This document shows, in pieces, positions 1 to 10,487 of a stretch of 64,000 bases of DNA; position 1 is the first letter of the stretch, and each line of letters opens with the position of its first letter. Both the position numbers and the translations under genes were made by a program. The notes beneath the pieces are model-generated. The model was not told the DNA's origin. It was given only the letters and a program-made list of their open reading frames with translations, and made no database searches. The stretch comes from Dehalococcoides mccartyi (GTDB lineage: Bacteria; Chloroflexota; Dehalococcoidia; UBA2979), in assembly GCA_945865925.1 (NCBI GenBank), contig CAMBFG010000001.1, positions 142,854-206,853 of the forward strand. The letters are read 5' to 3'.

Positions 1-834
1 GGCTTCGCGATGTTCACGATGGCGAACATTGCGGGCCACGACGCGATCGGGGCGATGACCGTCGCCGGCACCCGCACCTCGCGCATCCGGCTCGCCACCG
101 GCGTGGTACCGACGTTCCCGCGTCACCCGACGGCGATGGCGCAGCAGGCGCTGACCGCGCAGGCAGCGAGCGGTGGTCGGTTCACCCTCGGCATCGGGCT
201 CTCGCACAAAGTCACGATCGAGGGCGGCTACGGGCTGTCGTTCGACCGCCCCGCCATCCACATGCGCGAGTACCTCAGTGTGCTGATGCCGCTTCTACAC
301 CTCGAACCCGTCCAATTCGACGGCGAGCAGTACCACGTCCGCGCCACGCTGCGGACGCACGACACCACGCCCGTCCGCTGTCTGATCGCCGCGATGGCGC
401 CCGTCATGCTGAACCTCGCGGGTTCGATGGCGGACGGCACCATCCTCTGGATGACCGGCGGTCGAGCCGTCGGTGAGCACATCGTCCCTCGGATCACACG
501 AGCGGCAGCCGCTGCCGGCCGGCCGGCACCTGAGGTCGTGTGCATGCTGCCGATCGCGCTCACCTCCGACCCGGTCGAGGCACGCGCTAGGGCTGCCGGC
601 CAGTTCGAGAACTACGGCCGCCTGCCCTCGTACCGCGCGATGCTCGACAAGGAAGGTGTCGAAGGCCCGGGCGACGTCGCGATCGTGGGGGACGAGGCGA
701 CCCTGCGCGCCGAACTCGGTCGGCTGCGCGACGCCGGGGCGACGACCTTCGTCGGCGGGCTGTTCGACGCGGGTGACGGCTCGGCGGAGCGCACGCGTGC
801 GTTTCTCGCCTCAGTGCTGGGGGAGTACCGCTAG
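1..834 (+). CDS. LLM-class (luciferase-like) F420/flavin-dependent oxidoreductase, 5'-partial
   Basis: ORF 10..834 is open back to base 1. Translation has the luciferase-like TIM-barrel signature typical of F420-dependent LLM oxidoreductases. N-terminus is probably truncated by the window edge. Confidence 0.7.
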   Translation, partial: GFAMFTMANIAGHDAIGAMTVAGTRTSRIRLATGVVPTFPRHPTAMAQQALTAQAASGGRFTLGIGLSHKVTIEGGYGLSFDRPAIHMREYLSVLMPLLHLEPVQFDGEQYHVRATLRTHDTTPVRCLIAAMAPVMLNLAGSMADGTILWMTGGRAVGEHIVPRITRAAAAAGRPAPEVVCMLPIALTSDPVEARARAAGQFENYGRLPSYRAMLDKEGVEGPGDVAIVGDEATLRAELGRLRDAGATTFVGGLFDAGDGSAERTRAFLASVLGEYR

Positions 835-1910
835 CCCAGGCTGTCGAGGACGCCCAGCGCCCCCCGTGCCTCGATCGCCGCGCACAGCCGCTCGATCCCC
901 TGCGCGTGGACGCGGTCCATCCGCGGGTTGGGCGACGGGGAGCCGGCCCCGATCGTGAACACCGCCAGTGAGGCGAGCAGCGCGATGTTGTAGTCGCGCT
1001 CGAACTCCGCCCGGTCGTATGTCGCTCCGCCTGCGGCCAGTGCCTCGAGGTACGCCTCGATGCCCGGCCCTTCGACGTCAGCGCGCGCCGAGGGCTCCAG
1101 GTCCAGCCCGAGGAAGTAGGCGAGGTCGTATGCGCCTCGCGTGCGGCAGGCGAACTGCCAGTCGATCGCCGCGACCTCGATGGGGGCGCCCTCGCTGAAG
1201 AACAGGTTGTCGAGGCGGAAGTCGCCGTGCGTCAGCGTCCGAGGTGGCCGCGCGATCGCCTCCAGCAGCGGCACGTACGCCTCGGCCAGCCGCCCGCGCG
1301 CGGCCCTCACGTCTGGCGTCAGCAGCGTCCCGGCGCCATCGAGGGCACGCGCGAAAGCACCGGCGACGCGTGACGCACGCGTGAGCCCCACGGTGGTGTC
1401 CGGTAGCCACTCGGCCGCCTCGATCTCGGGGGAGCCCCACCACGTCGCATGGTGCGCGCCGATGGCGCGGGCGACCGCGAGCGCCTGCTCCAGTGTGCAG
1501 GAGCGCTCCTGGTCACCATGCACGAGCGGGTCGAGGTGCTCCAGCAGCAGCACGCACTCGCCCGGCCCACCGAGTGCGACCGCGTGCGCCTGAGGCGTGC
1601 GGAGCGGCGTCCGCGTCGCGAACTGCTCGTAGAACCGCACCTCGCGCTCATACCAGCCCTGGAAGACGGCGACGCCGCGCACACCGGGCGTCCCGAATTT
1701 CGCGACGAGCCGCGCTGGCCCCGGTTCGCCCTCGTACGTGAGCGCGAGGTGGAACGCGTCGCCGTTGACCCCGCCGCGCTCGCCGACCGGCTTTGCCGAC
1801 ACGCTCGCAACGTGTGAGGCCGCTGGGAGTGCTCCGGAGGCATGCAGGGATGCATCGACCCAGGCGGTAGTGAGGCCCTCGATCCCGAACGGAGGTGCCT
1901 CGGAGGTCAC
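831..1910 (-). CDS. phosphotransferase-family (APH/choline-kinase-like) protein
   Basis: HGDFRLDNLFF catalytic loop and DWQFA...YDLAYFL motif. ORF extends to 2123, but a GTG at 1910 overlaps the amidase stop (GTGA) and is preceded by GGAG. Upstream of that the translation is low-complexity R/A-rich. Confidence 0.75.
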   Translation of the reverse strand: MTSEAPPFGIEGLTTAWVDASLHASGALPAASHVASVSAKPVGERGGVNGDAFHLALTYEGEPGPARLVAKFGTPGVRGVAVFQGWYEREVRFYEQFATRTPLRTPQAHAVALGGPGECVLLLEHLDPLVHGDQERSCTLEQALAVARAIGAHHATWWGSPEIEAAEWLPDTTVGLTRASRVAGAFARALDGAGTLLTPDVRAARGRLAEAYVPLLEAIARPPRTLTHGDFRLDNLFFSEGAPIEVAAIDWQFACRTRGAYDLAYFLGLDLEPSARADVEGPGIEAYLEALAAGGATYDRAEFERDYNIALLASLAVFTIGAGSPSPNPRMDRVHAQGIERLCAAIEARGALGVLDSLG

Positions 1911-3226
1911 AGCAGTGGCTCCAGCACCTCGCCGAGTGCCAGCAGTTCCTCGTCGCGCCCGAGGCGTGCCACCACCTGCATGCCGAGGGGCATCGAGTCC
2001 ACGCGACCAGCGGGGAGGGTGAGCGCCGGCATCCCCGCGTGCGTCCACGGGAGGTTCATCGTCGGGTCGCCCGTCGAACGCAGCCCGAGCGGTGCGGGCC
2101 CGATCGCTGGCGGGCAGGCCCAAGCATCGATGCCATGCGCGTCCATCAGCGTTTCGAGGGCAGTGCGCAGCGCCCCGCGGCCCGCCAGGCCCTCGGCACG
2201 CTGGGTGGGGGTGACGAGGGCGCCTGCGTCAAACAGCGCGGAACTCGCCGCGCGCACGAGGCTGCCCCAGCGCGCGAACCGCTCGAGGTGCTGCTCACGG
2301 AACTCGGCCGTCGCGAGGTTGCGATGCCGCTCGTTGATCGCCTCGATATCCGCGAGCGCGGAGACGCGCCGGATCGTCACACCGCCGGCCGCGAGATCGC
2401 GCAGCGACTCCTCGAAGGCAGCACGCGCGGCGGGCTCGGTCTGGTCGAGGTAAGGCCCGTCTGGCACGCCGAGCGTGACCGCGGCAGACGCGTCGATCCC
2501 CTCGCGCCACCCATCGAGCAACACCGAGGCAACGAGGCGCATCCCGGGGGCGTCCTGTGTGAACGCGCCGACGTGGTCAACCGAGGGTGAGTAATAGAGG
2601 ACGCCGTCGCTCGGAATGCGCCCATACGTTGGCTTGAAGCCGACCACGCCACAGAACGCCGCCGGACGGATCACAGAACCGACCGTCTGCGTCCCGAGCG
2701 CCACGAGGGCGTACCCGGCAGCCACGGCGGCGGCGGACCCACTACTCGATCCGCCCGGCGTCCGGAGCGGGTCGTGTGGATTCGTCGTCGCCCCCGGATC
2801 GAAGTAGGCGAACTCTGTGGTCACGGTCTTGCCGAGGATCAGCGCGCCGGCTTCGCGCAGACGGCGGACAGCGGGGCCCTCGGTAAGCGGGAACGCCTCG
2901 GCCGGCAGAGCGGAGCCGGCACGGGTCGGCATGCCGTCCACCGTGATGATGTCCTTCACGCCGACCAGGACGCCGTACAGCGGCGGTCGCGAGGCCGCAT
3001 CCGGATAGCGCGCGGCGAGTGCGGACGCCTCGGCGATTAGGCGCTCGCGACGCCCCACCTCGGGCAGCAGGGCGCGCGTCGCCCCGTCGAAGGCGTCCAG
3101 GCGGTCGCAGGCCTCGATCACGTGACGCTCGACGGGCAGCGAGCCGCTGCGCAAGGCGGCGGCGACCGGCGCCAACGGCGCGTGAGGGAGCGAGGAATGT
3201 GGGCGACGTGGCATGGGCCCGATCAT
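1907..3226 (-). CDS. amidase (amidase-signature family)
   Basis: GGSSSGSAAAVAAG...GTQTVGSVIRPAAFCGVVGFKPTYGR amidase-signature Ser-cisSer-Lys region. Confidence 0.85.
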   Translation of the reverse strand: MIGPMPRRPHSSLPHAPLAPVAAALRSGSLPVERHVIEACDRLDAFDGATRALLPEVGRRERLIAEASALAARYPDAASRPPLYGVLVGVKDIITVDGMPTRAGSALPAEAFPLTEGPAVRRLREAGALILGKTVTTEFAYFDPGATTNPHDPLRTPGGSSSGSAAAVAAGYALVALGTQTVGSVIRPAAFCGVVGFKPTYGRIPSDGVLYYSPSVDHVGAFTQDAPGMRLVASVLLDGWREGIDASAAVTLGVPDGPYLDQTEPAARAAFEESLRDLAAGGVTIRRVSALADIEAINERHRNLATAEFREQHLERFARWGSLVRAASSALFDAGALVTPTQRAEGLAGRGALRTALETLMDAHGIDAWACPPAIGPAPLGLRSTGDPTMNLPWTHAGMPALTLPAGRVDSMPLGMQVVARLGRDEELLALGEVLEPLL

Positions 3227-3252
3227 ACCGGTCGCGTGCGCCTCGATGAGGG

Positions 3253-5514
3253 CTAGGCCGCAGCGCGGTGGGCGGTCTCCGCGCGCATCATGCCGGCCAT
3301 CGTGGTCGCGTCCACGGCGGGCGAGTAGTAGTAGCCCTGCGCGAGGTCGCAGCCGATCTCGCGCACCAGGTCGAGGTCACGCTCGCGCTCGACGCCCTCG
3401 GCGACGACCGTGAGCCCGAGGGCGTGGCCCAGAGCGACGACCGCCTCCACGATGGCACGGTCGCCCACTGACTGGTCCATGCCCTGGATGAAGGAGCGGT
3501 CGATCTTCAACGTCTGCACCGGGAAGTGGCGCAGCCGCCCGAGCCAGGAGTGGCCGATTCCGAAGTCGTCGATGGCCGTCGTGATGCCGATGGCATGCAG
3601 TTCGTGCAGCACCTCGATCACCGCGTCCATCGTCAGGCTGGCGGTGGTCTCGGTCAGTTCGAGTTCGAGCAGTTCCGGCTGCAGGCCCGTGCGATCGAGG
3701 ATGCCCCGCACGATGCGGCCGAGGCCGGGCACCATCAACTGGCGTGGCGACAGGTTCACGGCCATGCGCACGGGCGCCATGCCTTCGTCGATCCAGGCCT
3801 GCATCTGGGCACAAGACTGCTCCAGCACCCACTCCCCAACGGACACGATCAGGCCCGTCTCCTCGAGCAGGGGGATGAAGTCCACCGGCGACACCGAGCC
3901 CCGCACCGCGTGCCGCCAGCGCAGCAGCGCCTCCACGGCCCGCAGTTCCTGGCTGACCGGGTCGACCTGCGGCTGGTAGTAGACCTCGAAGGCATGCTGC
4001 TCGACGGCCTCTCGCAGGTCGGCCTCCAACGAGAGGCGGTCGCGCGCGCTGTCGCTCTCCGCGGCCGTGCCCATGCGGAAGCCGTCGCCGCCCTCGTCCT
4101 TGGCGAGGTGGATCGCGCCGTCCGCGATGCGGATCAGGGCCTCGGGGTCCTGGGCGTGCTGCGGGAACAGCGCCACACCAGCGCTCGCCGCGACCTTCAG
4201 CAAACGACCGTCGTGTGGGAACGGCTCGACGAGCGCCTGCAGGACGCGACGTGCGACGCCTTCGGCCGCCGCCGGGACGGGAAGGGCTGGTGCCAGCACG
4301 AGGAATTCGTCGCCGCCGAACCGCGCGACGACGTGCGGAGCGGGGAGGTACTCGTGCAGCCGGTCGGCGACCGCCTTCAGCAGGCGGTCGCCCGAGGCGT
4401 GCCCGAGCGTGTCATTCACCAGTTTGAACCGGTCGAGGTCGATCAGGATGACCGCCACGCACTCCTGGCCCTGCCGTGCGTCGAGGATCGCGCGCTGGAC
4501 GTGCCGGTCGAACAGGTCGCGGCTCGGCAGGCCGGTGAGGCGGTCGTAGTCGGCCATCTGCCGGATCGCGTCGCTGGCGCGGCGGGATTCGGTGAGGTCG
4601 CGCACCTCGATCAGGACGACGGTACCGGCGTCTTCTCTGAGCGCGGACAACGCGATCTCCGCCTCTACGGTCGCGCCGTCGCGGTGGCGCAGGCCAGTCT
4701 CGAACAGTCCCCCGCCGACATCGGCCCAGGCGCGCGAGGCGACGAGGCCGGTCAGCTGGTCGAGCCGCTCCGGTGCCGTCACCTGGTCGAGGTGGATCGG
4801 GACCTCCCGGCCGTAGCCGAGCATCCGCCGAAGCGAGCGGTTCACGAAGATCAGCAACCCGTCGCGGTCGACGAGCATGATGCCGTTTTGCGCGGCCTCC
4901 AGGGCGCGGCGGAGGCGCTCCTCCGAGGCACGGAGCGCGGCCTGCGCTTCCTGCTGATCACCGGGGTCGCGGAGGACACCTCGAATGCTGAGGAGGTTGC
5001 CCTCGCTGTCGCGCACCGCGCGGATCAGGGCGATCTGGTGAATGGCCTCGCCGTTGGCATGGATCCACCGCCCGCTCCAGGTGCCGGAATCGCCCGGCAG
5101 GGCAGCGCCGTCAAGGAACGGGACGGGGTCCGGGCTGATCTCGCAGATCAGCCGGCCATTCAGATCCTCCGGAGCGCGTCCCAGGATCGATCGGGATGCA
5201 CGCGACACACCGACGATGCGCCCTGACGCCGCGATCTCGAACATCATGTCGGGGAGTTCGCGGTTGACCATGCGCACCCAGCCATCCAGCAGCCCGATCT
5301 GGCGCTTCCGGCTGACCGCACCCCGGAACGCGAGGAGCGTCGCACCGCCTGCCAAGGCCAGACCAGGAGCGGCTGCGAGCGGCGCGATCGCCAAGTTCCC
5401 CACGAACGCGAGCGCAGCCCCGGCGAACAGCAGGACGTACGTCGCAACCTCCGGCCACCGGGGGCGCATCTCCGCGATCTGGTGCAGGCGTACGAGGGCG
5501 ATCGTTGGCTCCAC
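3253..5514 (-). CDS. membrane-anchored PAS-GGDEF-EAL c-di-GMP turnover protein
   Basis: Two N-terminal TM helices and PAS-like segments. Intact GGDEF (RFGGDEFLV) and EAL (EALLRWRH) motifs. C-terminal EAL fold. Confidence 0.85.
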   Translation of the reverse strand: MEPTIALVRLHQIAEMRPRWPEVATYVLLFAGAALAFVGNLAIAPLAAAPGLALAGGATLLAFRGAVSRKRQIGLLDGWVRMVNRELPDMMFEIAASGRIVGVSRASRSILGRAPEDLNGRLICEISPDPVPFLDGAALPGDSGTWSGRWIHANGEAIHQIALIRAVRDSEGNLLSIRGVLRDPGDQQEAQAALRASEERLRRALEAAQNGIMLVDRDGLLIFVNRSLRRMLGYGREVPIHLDQVTAPERLDQLTGLVASRAWADVGGGLFETGLRHRDGATVEAEIALSALREDAGTVVLIEVRDLTESRRASDAIRQMADYDRLTGLPSRDLFDRHVQRAILDARQGQECVAVILIDLDRFKLVNDTLGHASGDRLLKAVADRLHEYLPAPHVVARFGGDEFLVLAPALPVPAAAEGVARRVLQALVEPFPHDGRLLKVAASAGVALFPQHAQDPEALIRIADGAIHLAKDEGGDGFRMGTAAESDSARDRLSLEADLREAVEQHAFEVYYQPQVDPVSQELRAVEALLRWRHAVRGSVSPVDFIPLLEETGLIVSVGEWVLEQSCAQMQAWIDEGMAPVRMAVNLSPRQLMVPGLGRIVRGILDRTGLQPELLELELTETTASLTMDAVIEVLHELHAIGITTAIDDFGIGHSWLGRLRHFPVQTLKIDRSFIQGMDQSVGDRAIVEAVVALGHALGLTVVAEGVERERDLDLVREIGCDLAQGYYYSPAVDATTMAGMMRAETAHRAAA

Positions 5515-5650
5515 TCGTGATCTACGTGCGTTAGCGGCGACCGCGCAGGGCTCCCGTCACCACTATCGGCAGACCGACGCGAGGCTGAAGCAGGCGGCTA
5601 GCCGGTAGGCAGGGCAGCGGTACGATGCCGCCCTCGGATTCGGACAAGCA

Positions 5651-6907
5651 GTGCCCAGATTCGGCCCCGCGGGCACGAGGACGGCGATGGCCCAGGCAGA
5701 AGCCCCGTTCCGGCTGCGCTCGCTGGGCCTGTCTGTCTACCTGCCGACGGTGCTCTTCGCCATCGGTCAGGGCGCCGCGCTGCCAGTGATCCCCCTGTTT
5801 GCGAAAGACCTCGGCGCCTCGGTGGCGTTCGCCGCCACCATCGTCGGCCTGCGCGGGTGGGGCACGATGGTGTTCGATCTCCCAGCGGGCGCGATGATCG
5901 CGCGCTTCGGCGAGCGGCGGTCGATGCTCTTCGGCACGATCGCGCTGGCGGTGATGCCATTCATCATCCTCGTCAGTCGTTCGCCAATCGTCTTCGCGGC
6001 GCTCGTGTTCGTGATGGGCTGCTCGTTCGCCATCTGGCAACTCGCGCGCCTCGCCTACGTCACCGAACGGGCACCGCTCGAGGTGCGCGGACGGGCGCTG
6101 TCGCTCCTCGGCGGCACGAACCGCGTCGGCAACCTGATCGGGCCGCTGGTGGGTGGTGTGGCTGCCGAGGCCTACGGGCTGGAGACCGCCTTCTGGCTGC
6201 AGGCAGCGCTCTCCGTCGCCGCGTCGGCAGTGATGTATCTCCTCGTGCGTGCGGACGACCACGCCCCTGCCGAGATGTCCCACAGCGGTATCTACGGACG
6301 CTTCGCGACGGTGGTCGTGGAGCACCGGAAGGTGTTCCTCACGGCGGGCCTCGCCACCGTGGCGATCCAGGTGCTGCGCCGCTCGCGGGAGGCGGCGATC
6401 CCGCTGTGGGGCGACTCGATTGGCATGTCGCCGAGCCAGATCGGCTTCATCCTCAGTGGTTCCATCCTGATCGAGGTGCTGCTGTTCTACCCGACGGGGA
6501 TCGTGATGGACCGCTGGGGCCGGAAGTGGACCGGGGTGCCGTGCCTCGTCTTCATGGCGATCGGCCTGATGCTGTTCCCCTTCGCCCATTCGTTCACGGG
6601 CCTGCTGCTCGCGGGGATGGTCACCGGCCTGGGCAACGGCTTTGGCGCGGGGATTGCAATGACCCTGGGTGCCGACTTCTCGCCCGCTGTGGGACGCAAC
6701 GAGTTCCTAGGTGTCTGGCGGCTGGTGGGCGACATCGGCGGGGCGGCTGGACCGATGGTGATTGGGGGCCTCGCGGGCCCGATTGGGCTGGGTGGCGCGA
6801 TCGTCGCGTCGGGCGGCCTCGGCGCGCTGGGTGCGATCGTGCTGATGTTCTTCGTCGCCGAACCGCTCAAGCGGAAGCGCGCCCCGGTGGAGCCGCGCCC
6901 CGGCTAG
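5651..6907 (+). CDS. MFS transporter
   Basis: Twelve predicted TM helices with MFS-like spacing and a Gly-rich C-terminal half. Alternative start at M13 (5687). Confidence 0.75.
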   Translation: MPRFGPAGTRTAMAQAEAPFRLRSLGLSVYLPTVLFAIGQGAALPVIPLFAKDLGASVAFAATIVGLRGWGTMVFDLPAGAMIARFGERRSMLFGTIALAVMPFIILVSRSPIVFAALVFVMGCSFAIWQLARLAYVTERAPLEVRGRALSLLGGTNRVGNLIGPLVGGVAAEAYGLETAFWLQAALSVAASAVMYLLVRADDHAPAEMSHSGIYGRFATVVVEHRKVFLTAGLATVAIQVLRRSREAAIPLWGDSIGMSPSQIGFILSGSILIEVLLFYPTGIVMDRWGRKWTGVPCLVFMAIGLMLFPFAHSFTGLLLAGMVTGLGNGFGAGIAMTLGADFSPAVGRNEFLGVWRLVGDIGGAAGPMVIGGLAGPIGLGGAIVASGGLGALGAIVLMFFVAEPLKRKRAPVEPRPG

Positions 6908-8241
6908 CCATCGACGACGACCCCGAACCGACCGAGGTCACCGCGCACCGCCTCGGCATCCCCGACGGCGACGATCGTCAGGCGCTCCGGACGCAGGTAG
7001 TCACGCGTCACGCGCCACACGTCGGCCGGTGTCACGCTGCGCACGCGCGCCTCGTACATCGCCGTGTAGGTGTCGTCGAGGCCGTGCAGCGCGAGGAACT
7101 CGAGGTGGTCGAGGAGTCCGTTGAGCGTGGCGCCTCGGATGGCGGAGATACCAGCGACGTAATTCGTAATGCCCAGCACCTCGGCCTCCGGTGGGGCGTC
7201 GGCCCGCAGGCGGTCGATCTCCCCGAGGATCTCGTCGAGCGCTGGGGCCGTCACGGCTGTGGTGACGTCCGCCGCCTCCACCCAGTATGCGTCGCGGGGA
7301 CGGGTTGAGATCTGGCTACTCGGTGAGTACGTGTAGCCCTTCTGCTCGCGGATGTTCTGCGTGATCCGTGAGTTGAACGAACCGCCGAGCAGTGAGTTGG
7401 CGACTTCGAGGGCGATGTAGTCGCCGTGGCCCGGTGGTGGCACGGGGGCGCCGACGCGCAGTGTGGTCTGCTCCGAGCCCGGTCGCGCCACGAACCGCAC
7501 CACGCGGCTTCCGCTCACGTGGGCGGGCTGCACCGATGCCACCTCGGGGGTTGCCCAGCCATCCGAGGCGCGCGCGGCAGCCTCGGTCACGGCACCGGCA
7601 TCGAACTTCCCGGCCGCCATCAGGGTGGCGCGGCCAGCCCCGGTGTGACGCTCCCAGAATGCGCGCGCGTCGGCGGCGGTGAACGCGGCGAGCGTCTCCG
7701 CCTGCGGCAGGACCGTGCCGTAGGGGTGACCTCGATAGAGCGAGGCACGGAAGGTCGCGTGGGCCCGCCACGCAGGCTCTTGCGCCACGATCTCGGCCCA
7801 GCGCTGCTGGTCGGCGACGAGCCGCGCCGTCTCCTCCGCCGGGATGCGAGGCGTGCGCGCCAGCCCGATCAGCATCGATGCCGCCTCGGCGGCATGCTCG
7901 GCGAGCACCTGTGTGCGCAGCACCGTGGTGTGTTCGTCACCGTCGACGTCCAGTGAGCCCCCCATCGCGGCGAGGGCATCCGCAAACGCGGCACGGTCGT
8001 GTGTCGCACTGCCTTCGCGGAGGAAGTCGTGCAGCAGGCGATCGAGCCACGCCTGTCCCGGCTGGAGGTGTGCCGAACCCACATCGACGACCAGGCGCAG
8101 CGCGACGATCGGCACGCTCCCGCTCTGCACGAGCGCAGTGCTCATCCCCGAGGCCAACACCTCGCGCCGTCGGGGGGCCAGCACCGTGGGGCGCGGCGTG
8201 CCGAGGATCGGACGCGGCGGGAGTGTGGCCTCGACGGTCAC
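6904..8241 (-). CDS. M16-family peptidase, non-catalytic partner subunit
   Basis: Insulinase/pitrilysin-like fold but no HxxEH motif. Overlaps the downstream M16 gene by 4 nt. Confidence 0.7.
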   Translation of the reverse strand: MTVEATLPPRPILGTPRPTVLAPRRREVLASGMSTALVQSGSVPIVALRLVVDVGSAHLQPGQAWLDRLLHDFLREGSATHDRAAFADALAAMGGSLDVDGDEHTTVLRTQVLAEHAAEAASMLIGLARTPRIPAEETARLVADQQRWAEIVAQEPAWRAHATFRASLYRGHPYGTVLPQAETLAAFTAADARAFWERHTGAGRATLMAAGKFDAGAVTEAAARASDGWATPEVASVQPAHVSGSRVVRFVARPGSEQTTLRVGAPVPPPGHGDYIALEVANSLLGGSFNSRITQNIREQKGYTYSPSSQISTRPRDAYWVEAADVTTAVTAPALDEILGEIDRLRADAPPEAEVLGITNYVAGISAIRGATLNGLLDHLEFLALHGLDDTYTAMYEARVRSVTPADVWRVTRDYLRPERLTIVAVGDAEAVRGDLGRFGVVVDG

Positions 8242-9578
8242 GAAGCGGCTTCGCTCTCGGCAGCCACCGCGGCTCCGGCGTGGAGTTCGAGGATCACCCG
8301 GTTCTCCCGCTTCAAGTAGTCATGGGCGACCTGCGCCACGAGTTCCGGCGTGACGGCGGCGAAGCGAGCATCGAGGTCGTTCACACGGCTCGCGTCGCCC
8401 TCGATCAGTTCGAAGGAAGCGAGGAGGTCGGCGAGGCCGAAGCCGGGGATGTACCCGGCGACGGTGTTAAAGAGCGACGCGCGCGCCTTCGTCCGCGACC
8501 GTGCGAGCGCACCCGAGTCCAGGCCACGCTCGCGGACGCCCTCGATCACCGCGTCAAAGGCTTCGAGGATGGCGTCAGCGGTGACTTCGGCGTCGTGGAC
8601 GAGTGTCACGCACCATAGCAGCGGCGTCCGCGCATTGTGCATATGGCCGAGGAAGTTGATCCCGCCATCGACCTCCGAGGCGTACCCACGCTTCGAGACG
8701 AGTTCGGCGTGCAGCAGCGCGTCGTCGCCCTCGGCGAGCGCCTCGTGCAGCAGGCCCAGCGCGTAGTACTCGGGCGTCCCGGCGGGCGGCGTGTGGTAGG
8801 CAATCGCGATGGCCGGTGTCGGCGCAAGCGGGTCGACGCGGGTGAAGCGCTTCTCTTCCTCCTGCGGTGGTTCTTCGATCTGGGCCTGCGGCGGAGTCGG
8901 CGCTGCGGGGATGCCTTCGAAGTAGCGCTGCGCCATCTCGAAGACCTCGGCTGGCTCGGCGTCGCCGACGACCACCAACGCGGCGTTCGCGGGCGAGTAA
9001 TAGGCGTCGAAGAAGGCGCGGACATCCGCCATCGAGGCGGCGTCGAGGTCGACCATGTCGCCGTAGCCGTTGTGGGCGTTGTGCCAGTTCGTGTAGGCGC
9101 GCTCCTGCATGTCGATCCACGGGAAGGAGCCGTAGGGCCGGTTGAGCACGTTCACGCGGATCTCGTTCTTGACCACGTCGCGCTGGTTGTCCAGTTCGGC
9201 CTGCGTGATCACCGGGCCGCGCATCCGGTCGGCCTCCATCCACAGCGCCAGCTCGAGGGTGTGCGAGGGCATCACCTCGAAGTAGTTCGTGAAGTCGGTA
9301 CGCGTGGAGCCGTTGAGCAGCCCACCGTTCGCCTGGACAAGGCCCACGAGTTCCATCTTCGCCATCTGCGGCGACCCCTGGAACATCAGGTGCTCGAACA
9401 GGTGCGCGAACCCCGTCCGCCCACGCGGTTCGAGGCGCATCCCCACGCCGTAGTAGACCGCGACGCACACCACCGGCGCGCTGTGCTCGGCGGACACGAC
9501 CACGCGCAGCCCGTTCGCGAGCGTCATCCGCGCGACGGGCACCTGGAACGAGGCGGCGGTGTCGAGGCCTGAGGTCAC
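8238..9578 (-). CDS. M16-family zinc peptidase (catalytic subunit)
   Basis: HLFEHLMFQGS inverted zinc-binding motif (HxxEH). ORF runs to 9773, but a GTG at 9578 is preceded by GAGGAG+5 nt and avoids overlapping the divergent deacetylase gene. Confidence 0.75.
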   Translation of the reverse strand: MTSGLDTAASFQVPVARMTLANGLRVVVSAEHSAPVVCVAVYYGVGMRLEPRGRTGFAHLFEHLMFQGSPQMAKMELVGLVQANGGLLNGSTRTDFTNYFEVMPSHTLELALWMEADRMRGPVITQAELDNQRDVVKNEIRVNVLNRPYGSFPWIDMQERAYTNWHNAHNGYGDMVDLDAASMADVRAFFDAYYSPANAALVVVGDAEPAEVFEMAQRYFEGIPAAPTPPQAQIEEPPQEEEKRFTRVDPLAPTPAIAIAYHTPPAGTPEYYALGLLHEALAEGDDALLHAELVSKRGYASEVDGGINFLGHMHNARTPLLWCVTLVHDAEVTADAILEAFDAVIEGVRERGLDSGALARSRTKARASLFNTVAGYIPGFGLADLLASFELIEGDASRVNDLDARFAAVTPELVAQVAHDYLKRENRVILELHAGAAVAAESEAAS

Positions 9579-9717
9579 GAGGACTCCTCGATGTGAGCCC
9601 AGCGAGGCTCCTCGAATCTGTGCGAGGGATCGTACTGCCCTCACGCGGTAGTGGTGAGGGCGGTCTGGCAGCCTCACTGACAGGATGGCCAGCCCGCCGA
9701 GCGCGTAGGATCGAGGC

Positions 9718-10452
9718 ATGAACTCGCTCACGCGTGCTGCACTGCTGACGGGGATCGCCTCGGCTGCTGCCATCGCTGCGGCGACCGTCGCCCCGTGGTA
9801 CTACCAGCCGAGGACGCTCACCCGTGCGATGCAGAAGCGCTGGGGCTACGGCGCGCTCTTCCAGGTGGACACGGACGAGCCGCTGTTCGCCCTGACGTTC
9901 GACGACGGCCCGCACCCCCCGTACACCGACGCCGTCCTCGATGCCCTCGCGGCTCACGACGCGAAGGCGACCTTCTTCTGTATGGGTGAGCAGATCGAAC
10001 GCCACCCGGCGACGTTCGCCCGCATCATCGCGGAAGGGCACGAGGTGGGGAACCACTTCTGGGACGACCGCGCCGGCGTCACGCTCACCGGCGATGAGAC
10101 GGTCACCTCACTCGAACGCACCGCGGCGCTGATCGAGGATGCGAATCCGGCGCGCCTCGTCCGCCCTGCGAGCGGGTTTATCCGTGCCGAGCAGCGCCGT
10201 CTGCTGGGGGAGCGGAACTACCAGATCGTCATCGGCAGCGCGTACACCTCGGACGCGACGTACCCGCCGGCTTCCTACATGAAGTGGGCGCTGAAGCAGA
10301 TGCTGGAGCCCGGCCGCATCGTGATCCTGCACGATGGCCGGAAGCACCGCCAGCGCACCGTCGAGGTGCTGCCGGACGTCCTCGATGCAGCCGCGCGGCT
10401 GGGACTGCGTGCTGTTACCGTCTCGCAACTGATCGCCGCCGCGCGCCCGTAG
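9718..10452 (+). CDS. polysaccharide deacetylase (NodB-homology) with N-terminal TM anchor
   Basis: FDDGPHPPYT...HEVGNHFWDD NodB motifs. N-terminal hydrophobic helix. Confidence 0.8.
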   Translation: MNSLTRAALLTGIASAAAIAAATVAPWYYQPRTLTRAMQKRWGYGALFQVDTDEPLFALTFDDGPHPPYTDAVLDALAAHDAKATFFCMGEQIERHPATFARIIAEGHEVGNHFWDDRAGVTLTGDETVTSLERTAALIEDANPARLVRPASGFIRAEQRRLLGERNYQIVIGSAYTSDATYPPASYMKWALKQMLEPGRIVILHDGRKHRQRTVEVLPDVLDAAARLGLRAVTVSQLIAAARP

Positions 10453-10487
10453 ACCTCTCCGAGCGCGCCACCACGAGGGGGTGGGGC

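Noticed and set aside
10284-10487. Long N-terminal extension of mscL from the ORF track
   Set aside because: It overlaps the 3' end of the polysaccharide deacetylase gene, is R/A-rich, and the canonical MscL N-terminus (MLAEFKQF) starts exactly at the internal ATG 10488.
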